From Candidatus Poribacteria bacterium (GTDB taxonomy: Bacteria > Poribacteria > WGA-4E > PCPOR2b): 64,000 nucleotides of DNA. The translations under genes were made by a program, and so were the position numbers. How positions within the stretch are numbered: the first letter of the stretch is position 1; every line of letters begins with the position of its first letter. The stretch lies in assembly GCA_965218095.1 (NCBI GenBank), contig OZ244587.1, forward strand, positions 5,920,001 to 5,984,000. Direction: 5' to 3'. The notes below the pieces were generated by a model, which was not told the origin of the DNA, did no database searches, and worked only from the letters and a program-made list of their open reading frames with translations. Shown in pieces: positions 1 through 8,356 of the stretch.

Positions 1-1
1 G

Positions 2-646
2 CCCATTGAGCATCGACCCAGACTTTGCACGCTGCTGGACGACGCGCGGATTTTAGGCGTTGCCGGCGGAGTCATGAGCGAAGACTTCAACTACGCCAGC
101 GGGGATGGCAATTATCACGCCGGTGATACCGGCTGGCATCCGGATGGCAGTTGGGGACAGCTTTTTTCCTGCAAGATCGCGTTCTATCTCGATCCACTCA
201 CACGCGATACGGGCTGTTTGCGAGTCATCCCCGGCAGCCAGCGGCCCGATCATTTCGTGCGAGCACAGCAGATTGATCCGAACAGGTCTCAGGAGTTTTT
301 CAGCGTCGCACCGCGTGATTTCCCCGGCAGCATCGCGCTGGAATCGAATCCCGGAGATCTGGTCATATTTAATCACGACATCTATCACGCTTCCTTCAGG
401 GGCGGCGCACGCCGGCGGATGTTCACGATGAACCTGACCCGCAACTGCAAAACCGAGCCAGACCTCAAGACGTTGCATCAGTATCTGAGGCTTCACTCTC
501 CCGGCGGGTACAAAGTTGACACCGGCGGAGGTATGTACTTTCCAACCATACTCGATACCGCCGACGAAACACGAATGATTCACCTCCAGCAGTGCGCCGA
601 CATTCATGATGAATTATTTCCGCAGTACACCCGGCAACGAAGCTGA
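2..646 (+). CDS. Phytanoyl-CoA dioxygenase (PhyH) family Fe(II)/2-oxoglutarate oxygenase, 5' end outside the window
   Basis: The frame is open from base 2. Motifs WHPD (HxD), GCLRVIPGS and PGDLVIFNHDIYHAS (distal His). Confidence 0.85.
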   Translation, partial: PIEHRPRLCTLLDDARILGVAGGVMSEDFNYASGDGNYHAGDTGWHPDGSWGQLFSCKIAFYLDPLTRDTGCLRVIPGSQRPDHFVRAQQIDPNRSQEFFSVAPRDFPGSIALESNPGDLVIFNHDIYHASFRGGARRRMFTMNLTRNCKTEPDLKTLHQYLRLHSPGGYKVDTGGGMYFPTILDTADETRMIHLQQCADIHDELFPQYTRQRS

Positions 647-661
647 AAGACGGAGTACGTT

Positions 662-1137
662 ATGACTGAACTTGATAAATACCTTTTTGATCTTCGGGGA
701 TATATGATTCTGGAAGATGTTTTGAGTCCAGAAGAAGTTGCCGAACTCAATCGTCTTGTTGACGGGCAGAACTTGCCCGAACCTCCGCTGGAGAGTGGAA
801 AGGAGAATACGGCGGCTTCTGCTGCATCCCTGGTAGTCATAAAGCTAACTATCTGTGTCCGCCGGAAATTCGAGAGGCGCACGTCAACGCGGATTGTGTT
901 ATCGTGCCAGAAGTAAGAGCAGGCTCGGTGGTGCTCTTTACCGAAGCCCTGACGCACGGATCTGCGCCGTGGGCTGCCAAGCATCAGTGACTTTCGTTGC
1001 TTTACAAGTACAGCCCGGCGCAACAGTCATGGTCGAAACACCACATCAAACCGCCAGAAGGCGTCGAGTTGACCCTACGCCAGCAACTCCTGTTTGAGCC
1101 ACCTTACTTTAGCGGCAGAACTTCTCTGTTTGAGTGA
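662..1137 (+). pseudogene. PhyH-family dioxygenase pseudogene (internal deletion, frameshift and TGA)
   Basis: N-terminus KYLFDLRGYMILEDVLS is followed in another frame by GGFCCIPGSHK...GSVVLFTEALTHG...HQ*LSLLYKY. Paralog of 58501..59292 with the middle missing. Confidence 0.8.
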
Positions 1138-1250
1138 GAAGGGGGCAGGGGAAGGATTATTAAGTATCAGACGTGAAGCATGATGGGCAAGGGGTTGCCT
1201 TATCCCTCATGGCAGGCACTAGCATGGTTTTGCTACAATAGCAACGGGAT

Positions 1251-2636
1251 TTAAGTCGATTCACAGTCATAAACGACTTCTGTATCGTCATATAGCGGAC
1301 ATTTGCCTTTGGAAAGAATGAGCACAGAATCGCGCGGGACAGAATCAACCATATTGGGATGACGCTTCTGGTTAAATAATTGGCTTGTGCGACGGTTAAG
1401 GTTAATACCATCATCATCGAAGATTGTAATAACATTGAAGCCAACTTCTAATGCTAGCCTTGCCAACCTATAAGTTATGCGATAGATGGGTAGCCCTTTG
1501 ACTTTGCGTGTGACATTCGCCGCGATGATGATGCAGGCACGATTGTGCTTGAGGACACGGTACAATTCGCTCAAAGTCTGTTTCATAGCGAGTTCGTAAT
1601 CTGCTATCGTTGATGTCTTCAACATCTTCTTGGTTTCGGTTTGCCTGTCGCTGCCCAATAACCAAACGCGAATCCAGTTGTCATAAGCATAATCACGGAC
1701 ACCCAAGTAGGGCGGTGAAGTCACAATAAGGTCAACGCTTGCATCCTTGAGGTTGGGCTTGCTTGTTGTGATGTTGCACCTGTAGATGTTGCCCTTCCTT
1801 TGTGGCAAATGCTCCGCGTAAATTCTTTGTGCCTTCCGCTCCAGACAGGTAAAGACATCACGAGGCTCATACTTGAGGCCGTATTTTGCCACATACTCAC
1901 GCACGTAACGCACGCTCGCCGACCAAGTGTCCTTCGTCCGCACTGAAAGAAACATCGGACCATCGCCATGCAAGATGCCGCAGAGCATCGCTTTCACAAA
2001 CAACGCTACATCATGCTGCCTATCACGTTCGACATCGTTGAGTGCAGAGCGCATGGCTGAAATTTGGCGTAATGTCTCAGAATGGTAATACACTTCTTGT
2101 AGGTTTGGCAACATCGGGTCGTCATCTAATTGTCCCCGCTTTAGCCGTACGTCCACCTCCGACTTCAAAAATGCGATAAAATCATCGTATTCCTTTCGGT
2201 TCAGCGGACGCACCTTCGCGTGTGAGAGAGTATAGGCATAGATGAAAATGTCATTGCCAATTGCTTCCCGACCGAGTAAGCAGGCTTCCAGTGGCACAGT
2301 TCCCGATCCGCAAAACGGGTCATACACGACCTCACCTTCTTGGCTAAACTTGCAGATGAAGTAGTGGGCAATGGCAGGCGGAAATCGCCCCAAGTAGGAA
2401 GATAGTTGATGCAGAGGATGATACCAGTATCGCCGATGAACGTGCTTCCAACCGTCAACGATGTCTTCTGATTTGAAGGCGGCAACGGAGGCGTCCGCAA
2501 CAAACTTATCAGCCGCAATTGGCTGCAAAAAGCATCTGCTGTGGCCATCAACGGACGTGGGCAACAGTTGCGAAAGTTTTCGACGTTGCGATGGTTGGCT
2601 TCCGCTGTTGTTACGACTAGAAGTCTTCGTCGTCAT
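1251..2636 (-). CDS. DNA methyltransferase, amino (N4-cytosine-type), motif I before motif IV
   Basis: SAM-binding motif VYDPFCGSGT, catalytic motif DLIVTSPPY and LYRVLK. Start at 2636 (or 2663) overlaps the stop of the upstream frame at 2617-2619. Confidence 0.85.
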   Translation of the reverse strand: MTTKTSSRNNSGSQPSQRRKLSQLLPTSVDGHSRCFLQPIAADKFVADASVAAFKSEDIVDGWKHVHRRYWYHPLHQLSSYLGRFPPAIAHYFICKFSQEGEVVYDPFCGSGTVPLEACLLGREAIGNDIFIYAYTLSHAKVRPLNRKEYDDFIAFLKSEVDVRLKRGQLDDDPMLPNLQEVYYHSETLRQISAMRSALNDVERDRQHDVALFVKAMLCGILHGDGPMFLSVRTKDTWSASVRYVREYVAKYGLKYEPRDVFTCLERKAQRIYAEHLPQRKGNIYRCNITTSKPNLKDASVDLIVTSPPYLGVRDYAYDNWIRVWLLGSDRQTETKKMLKTSTIADYELAMKQTLSELYRVLKHNRACIIIAANVTRKVKGLPIYRITYRLARLALEVGFNVITIFDDDGINLNRRTSQLFNQKRHPNMVDSVPRDSVLILSKGKCPLYDDTEVVYDCEST

Positions 2637-3024
2637 TATCTGGTTCTTCAACCTCCTCCGCATGATTTACAATGTATTCCGCCCGATCGTGGAGTGTCAT
2701 TAGATACTGGATGGATGGTGTTTTCCCAAAGAGAGTTTTTGTATGCACCGGTTTCATGGTCGTGTTGATGTCATTGATATGTTCTCGGAACAGATCAATG
2801 ATTTCCGTCGGGGCATTTTCATTTCTATTCCCGGCATTGGCAACAATGGGGCGTAGAACACGATCGAGGCAAGCCAGAGTTTTGGAATGTGTAACCTCCT
2901 CAACGCCGAGGTCAAAGTAAAGGTTATACTGTCTTTCTTGGTTTGAAGATGGTGTTGCGTACCGGATGTAAAGGCTAGGATCATCAAGAACCCCCTTAAT
3001 TTTACGCGCTTATAAGGTTTAGGC

Positions 3025-3053
3025 TTGCAAGTTTTGTGTAAATTTGATACAAT
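3025..3053 (+). promoter_or_regulatory. Sigma70-like promoter inside the left inverted repeat, driving the transposase
   Basis: TTGCAA-17 bp-TACAAT, followed by RBS AAGGAG before the ATG at 3093. Confidence 0.6.
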
Positions 3054-3092
3054 ATAGGCATCAAACCCTTATGAATAAAGGAGTTGAGATGA

Positions 3093-3974
3093 ATGAACTT
3101 GTTTGATGCTGTAGAACGATTTTCTGACCAAGAGAGTTGTATTAAACACTTAGAAACTATCCGCTGGGGTGGCAAACCTGAGTGTCCATATTGCGAAAGT
3201 AAAAAGGTTGCACCGAAGAATGAAGCTAGCATAATTGGTCGTTGGAATTGCCATACTTGTAAGTCAAGTTTCAATGTGTTACAGGGAACGATATTTCAAG
3301 GAACACAGATTCCACTTCAGAAGTGGTTTATGGCTATCCTGTTAATGAACGATGCGAAGAAAAGCCTATCAAGTTGTCAAATGGCTCGTCATTTGGACTT
3401 AACGCAACCCTCAGCTTGGTTCATGATGAAACGAATCAGGTCTGAGATGGGTAGAAAGGGCAAGGTTTTACTGAGAGGAATTATTGAATGCGATGAAACC
3501 TACGTGGGCGGTAAGCCCCGACGACGAAAAGACAAGGACGGGAACTTGCCTCCACCGAGCAAGCGAGGTAGAGGCACGAAGAAAACGCCCGTTATCGGTG
3601 CTGTTGAACGGGCTGGGAATGTTGTGGCGCGTGTGGCTACGAGTTTGAGTCGTAAGGGCGTTTTGGGGTTCATCAAAGGCGTTATTGAGAAGCCGAAGGA
3701 TTCAGTTCTAATGACAGATGAGTTCTCATCGTATGAGGCGGTTGATGGGCTCATGCCTCACCATGTCATCAGACACAAGAACTGGCAGTACGTGGACGGT
3801 AATACCCACACAAACACGATTGAAGGGTTCTGGTCGCTGGTGAAACGTGCGTTTCATGGTACACATCACCACTACAAGCATGTTTCGCTCTACATCGCTG
3901 AGGCGTGTTACAAGTACAACAACCGGAAGAACCGGAACATCTTCAAGAAGTTTATCAGGGAATGCTTTGTGTAG
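3093..3974 (+). CDS. IS1595 family transposase
   Basis: Zinc ribbon CPYC...WNCHTC, HTH region, and DDE motifs ECDETYVGG, MTDE and HTNTIEGFWS. Confidence 0.95.
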   Translation: MNLFDAVERFSDQESCIKHLETIRWGGKPECPYCESKKVAPKNEASIIGRWNCHTCKSSFNVLQGTIFQGTQIPLQKWFMAILLMNDAKKSLSSCQMARHLDLTQPSAWFMMKRIRSEMGRKGKVLLRGIIECDETYVGGKPRRRKDKDGNLPPPSKRGRGTKKTPVIGAVERAGNVVARVATSLSRKGVLGFIKGVIEKPKDSVLMTDEFSSYEAVDGLMPHHVIRHKNWQYVDGNTHTNTIEGFWSLVKRAFHGTHHHYKHVSLYIAEACYKYNNRKNRNIFKKFIRECFV

Positions 3975-4012
3975 GGTGGGAAAACCTCTGGAGACTCCAT
4001 AGAAGGATTAGA

Positions 4013-4207
4013 TTACACTATTTCCAACCTTTTGAAAATGGTTGTAATTAGTGTGTAGTCATTTTTAAGTAACTGAATTGCAACTCTTAAATCTTCTACG
4101 GTTGCAGTAGAGGTAAATAACCTCTCTTCAATTCGGTGGGTTTTATCAGCATGTTTTTGTAGATGTTCTTTAACACGTTGAATATCCACCTTCCTTTGTG
4201 ATGACAT
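4013..4207 (-). CDS. Small hypothetical passenger protein (64 aa)
   Basis: RBS AAGGAGG upstream; helical-looking sequence; flanked by a perfect 14-bp inverted repeat. Confidence 0.55.
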   Translation of the reverse strand: MSSQRKVDIQRVKEHLQKHADKTHRIEERLFTSTATVEDLRVAIQLLKNDYTLITTIFKRLEIV

Positions 4208-4338
4208 AACATCTGCCTCCTTTCTGAGTCATATTTTCAGAGGTTTTCCCATAAGGGAGTGTCCGGTGGGAGCCGGACACTCTAGCAACAAAATATCAGG
4301 GAGTGCTTTGTGTAGCACCCCCTGATATTGCCTAAGAG

Positions 4339-4449
4339 TTATTGCTTAGGCGTAGCCGTATAAGGACTGCTATACGGCGTTTGATTACCCTTACGTTTAG
4401 CGATTTTGAGTACGATAAACGTAAAGGTTTTGCGTATTTTTATAAACAC
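4339..4449 (-). CDS. Possible 36-aa basic/hydrophobic peptide (MFIKIRKTFTFIVLKIAKRKG...)
   Basis: Strong RBS AAAGGAGGG before a GTG start; below the ORF-track size cutoff. Confidence 0.3.
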   Translation of the reverse strand: MFIKIRKTFTFIVLKIAKRKGNQTPYSSPYTATPKQ

Positions 4450-4576
4450 GATAATCCCTCCTTTCATTGGAATAAGTCGTGATGCAGAGGGTGTTATCAG
4501 CAGTTGTCCGTATATGTGGACTTACAAGCGTGCCGTCTTTACGCCTGTAAGACTTGATGTATTTGATGCGTGGCAT
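4397..4576 (-). CDS. Small 59-aa protein with an SYxRKDGTxVxxHxR motif
   Basis: Hand translation MPRIKYIKSYRRKDGTLVSPHIRTTADNT...; RBS AAAGGAG upstream. The motif is familiar from small hypothetical and phage proteins. Confidence 0.5.
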   Translation of the reverse strand: MPRIKYIKSYRRKDGTLVSPHIRTTADNTLCITTYSNERRDYRVYKNTQNLYVYRTQNR

Positions 4577-4641
4577 GGGGGGTCTCCTTTGCCATGTTGT
4601 GGCGGTGGGGGTGCTATAACACCCCCTCGCCTGTTTTATGT

Positions 4642-5082
4642 CTATCTCATGTGCAATCTTCTAGCAACATTTCGGAGGGTTGTTTCGGTTTGCCCAAATC
4701 GTTCCTCCATTTGGGCATAACGCCCCTCTATACTATCTATTGACTTGATGACTGCTACATGAGTTGCAAGGGTAGTTGTCATGTACCTGTCCATTCTCGT
4801 TACTGACTGTTGAAAAGAATCAAGTTTCTTGTCAATATCTTCAACAGGTACGGTTTTCTTCGCAGTTGCATCTCTAGTTTTCAGATTCTCTGCGATGTTG
4901 GTAAGCTCTACCCTTCTTAAATTGACGACTTCTTCTTTCAGTTGTTTTGCTTCATCTCTGAAGTCTATGAAGGACTTTCTGATACTATACAAATCGTCAC
5001 TACTGGGAATGTGTTTCCAAATGAACTTTCCAGCAGCAATGATAATGAGTATATCCGCTACTACACTAAGAAAATCACTCAT
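4642..5082 (-). CDS. Passenger protein with an N-terminal transmembrane helix and coiled coil
   Basis: Hydrophobic N-terminus FLSVVADILIIIAAG, heptad-like remainder, RBS AAAGGA. Confidence 0.6.
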   Translation of the reverse strand: MSDFLSVVADILIIIAAGKFIWKHIPSSDDLYSIRKSFIDFRDEAKQLKEEVVNLRRVELTNIAENLKTRDATAKKTVPVEDIDKKLDSFQQSVTRMDRYMTTTLATHVAVIKSIDSIEGRYAQMEERFGQTETTLRNVARRLHMR

Positions 5083-5166
5083 TGGGGTGTCCTTTACTTT
5101 GGCGAGGAAAGGTAAAACAAGCCAACGATTTAATAAACTTCAGAATCACAGGCTTGTAACACCCCA

Positions 5167-5195
5167 ATAATATCACATATTCAAAGAATCTGCAA
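5167..5195 (-). promoter_or_regulatory. Sigma70-like promoter inside the right inverted repeat, driving the passenger genes
   Basis: Minus strand reads TTGCAG-17 bp-TATTAT with TG just upstream of the -10. Confidence 0.5.
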
Positions 5196-5994
5196 GCCAA
5201 TTATTTATAAATGCGTAATTTTATTGGTCTCCTGGATATGGTCAAGGAGCGTTCCTTTCCTCATTGGGTCACGCTTGAGGACGCGAAGGCCAATGCGGGT
5301 GAGTTCCCCCGATATGATATCCGGATAGCTCTTGATGTTATTCGTTGGGTCAACCTGAATCTTGAGTGCCTCTTCGCATCGTATTGCCCCATACATCAGA
5401 AGGAACAATGCTAACGAAATGTTGAACGGACTCAAACTTCGGCTGCGTTGCACACTCATGCTGACTTTCTTTACGAAGGCCTCCAATGTGCAATGACTAT
5501 GTTTCTGATGACACTCGTCGATCAGCCTGTCGAAGTCCTGAACACCCATGGTTTCCTTGTCGGTCATTGCATCAATCCTCCGATAAACAAACAGCCCCAG
5601 AGGCAGCACGAGAACCTTTGATGACTCGGTATAGCGGCTCTTGTCCAATTCCACCTCGTGAATCAGCCTCCACTTCTTCAACTGCTGTATAGCCTCCTCA
5701 ATTGTGTCTGCCATCCAATCTTCATTTATATCCCTGTCAAACAGGTCCATCGGTGTGCGGACATTTTGTATAAGCTGCTGGCATGAGTGTAGTTTGTCAA
5801 AGGGGGGCTTCAACTTGTTGACACGCCACATTTCAAAAAGGGCTTCGGCAGGCTCATCAAGATCAAGCGCCTTTCCTATCTGGTGCATCATATCTTCTTC
5901 GATTACAAGCCGCAAGATACGGTGAACAAGGCGCAAGTCCAGTTCTGTTGTATTTTGTCGCGAATTTCGCATTATCCTCACTCCTGAAAATAAA

Positions 5995-8343
5995 TCAGTT
6001 CATTGCCTGTGCAGTAAGTTCTGGAATCTCTTCAACCTTGACGAATACAGCAGCTAAGATATTATCCATTTGCTTTAACTCATCATACAGTGGTTCACCA
6101 ATCTGTTCGACGTCACCCCACTCGTCCACAAGTAGAACAACTCCGAAAGCCTTGGACGAAGGTCGCGACACAAGGCTGCGAACGGTCATAACAGATTCTG
6201 TTCCACCGCTGAGATTTGCTCTGTTGAGATCTCTGTCTAATCCGCCTACCCTGAATCTAGGCGTATCACGTCCAATCTGCTCATAGATAACCGCTTCAAG
6301 TGGTAAAGGGTTGCACGTCTCCCCAGAGTTATCATAGTAGTATTGGCAGCGCTTGGTGATTAGGCTATCGATGGTCTCCTTGAGTAATTGCGCCAACCCA
6401 ACCTCGTCAAGATATCTCAACGCCTTCTGAACGTCTTCCGATTGGCGATTCTCGTCTGTCCTTGCATTGGCAACTTCTATTACATAAGAGACATTTTCAA
6501 TGAATTGTCTAATGTGGTCGGCTCGTTCGGCGGCTTTCTCTATCTGAGTTGATTGTGCTTTCATCAATAATTGCTCCTCAAGCTGGTACTTCTGCTGCTC
6601 CAACTCACGCTGCTGTCTCCGTAGGCGACGCAAAACACCCTCAACTTCACGCTCTCGTTCTTGCAAATAAGAGATAGCATTCGCTGACCAAACCCTGTTA
6701 AGGTGCTCGTCTGAAGGTCCTTCCAGGGTTTTAACTGTGTCCTCAAGATTCTCCCTTGTCTCTTGTACCTCCTTGGTCAAGGACTTCCTCATTTGCTCGA
6801 TTTGAGTTCTGAGCGCATTGGTGTCTTGTTCCCCTGCTACCATGGGTTGAGTTTGCTGTTCCTCCTTCAACTCGCCCTCTGCCTGCTGCAACTCTTTAGC
6901 ATAATCTGAAACCTCATTTTCGAGGGTTTGGTAGTCAAGGGGTGTCATCCCCAAATTGATGTCCGTTTTCTGCAAACGCTGCATGAACTTTTCGATGGCT
7001 TCGTTTATAGGAACGAGATTTTCTGCTTTCTCCAAGTGCTCCTGAAGACGAGACAGCAAGGAGGCAGCGTCACGAATGTCATCTCCTAACGGCAAGAGAA
7101 CGATTTCAGGAGAAGCATTATCCTCAACAGCACGAATGAGAGAACGATAGACTTCAAGACTCTCGGTTCCAAGTCCTTTGTGAAAGGCGTTACAGACACC
7201 CTGTACATCTGAATTCTTTATATATGTAAGGAAATCCTCTTCGGGCGATGTACTAATGCGTCGCTGATCGAGTAGCCTATCAATCTCAATTTGCAGTCCC
7301 CCGAAAGCATCACCAACAGCTTTCTTTTTCGCGTCTAGATCCTGATATCTTCTTTTCAGTTGTTTGACTTCCCCTTCTTTCTCCTGTAGACGCTTTTGGT
7401 GATCAGCCTTCTGGTGCTTTGCATCCTCAGCCGCATGTAAATCACGCTCAAGGCGGTACAGCCTCTCAATGGCCTGACGGCTATCTCCACCCAGTTGCTT
7501 CAGATAGCCAACAATGTCATGAATCGCGGCGCGTTGACCTACATAGTGCTTTCTTTCATCCTCTTTCTGTTGGAGTGTAGTCTGGACATCTCCTATTTGG
7601 CTTTCAATGGCTTGCCTGTCCATTTGCCCCGCTGTCTGTCGCTGCCGCGGACGCGCGCTTTGAAGTATCAGCCGTGTAAGAGCTGGCTGGCTGTCCCCAG
7701 TTAATTTTTCACCGAGCACTTTTATGTCATTCAGGATATCCAACTCCACTCGCTCAATGAAGTTCCTTCCCTTCGACACTAATTGAACGTCTACCAGACT
7801 ATTCATGTAATGCTCGAAGGGTTCCCAGCCCCTGTGCAGATTAAACGAGCGCTCATCAGAGCTGTTAGCAACACCATAAGCGACGGAAGCCTTACCGTCT
7901 TTCACATCAATCACCAAAAGATGATTGCCTTTGACAATCTCCATGTCCGCTGCACGGGTCTGACTAAGAGACTTACGTAGCGCCTGTCCTTTCTTCACAA
8001 ACTCCTCATCGCCCAAGAATCGCACGTTGTCATGCTCATCCCAAGAATAGCCAAGCAGCGTTGCCATGCACAAGAGCACAGTTGTTTTGTTCCTCTGGCT
8101 CTCGGCGGATAGCAACATCGCGTTTCCGTCCATCGTGCAATCAAACGAGGCCTTGTATTCGTCTTGAAGATGGAACTTGATTTTGGTGGGCTTCTTCTCT
8201 AAAACGGTAGGTTGCCCAGGGGAGATGTTGAAGATGGAGTTGGCATCCGCGTTATCTACGCCAACTTTCCGCGCAATTTCCCTGTAGAAGTCAATTATGC
8301 TTTAATCAAAGACAGGATTGGTATCCGTCGCCATTTCGGGCAT
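5995..8343 (-). CDS. SMC/Rad50-like coiled-coil ABC ATPase; 783-codon frame with an in-frame TAA at codon 14 (712-aa ORF from 8133)
   Basis: Degenerate Walker A LLSAESQRNKTT, long central coiled coil, ABC signature LSGGTES and Walker B VLLVDEWG. GAGGAGG RBS plus ATG at 8343 is in frame with 8133 except for TAA at 8302-8304. Confidence 0.75.
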
Positions 8344-8356
8344 TGTAATTACCTCC

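Larger units (their letters stand above)
3010..5210 (+). mobile_element. IS1595-family element carrying passenger genes
   Basis: Imperfect 32-bp inverted repeats at 3022-3053 and 5167-5198 (23/32 matches, starting GGCTTGCA). TTATAA sits 6 bp outside each repeat (3010-3015, 5205-5210). The element contains an IS1595 transposase. Confidence 0.85.
2617..5981 (-). pseudogene. Hypothetical protein of about 390 aa (possible winged-helix protein) split by IS1595; 5' part 5981-5205, 3' part 3009-2617
   Basis: The 258-aa ORF ends at the element junction (...KITHL*). On the other side a 131-codon frame (ARKIKGVLDDPSLY...EPDNDDEDF*) continues in the same frame and overlaps the methyltransferase start. 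Confidence 0.7.

Noticed and set aside
3005-3032. dif/XerCD site at the IS1595 junction
   Set aside because: The 11-6-11 layout is suggestive, but the right arm does not match a XerD consensus and is explained by the IS inverted repeat and promoter.
5995-8343. Calling the operon Wadjet, Lamassu, Dnd or SbcCD
   Set aside because: No recognisable JetD/Toprim, Lamassu effector, Dnd sulfur enzymes or SbcD phosphoesterase is present; the partners are methyltransferases.
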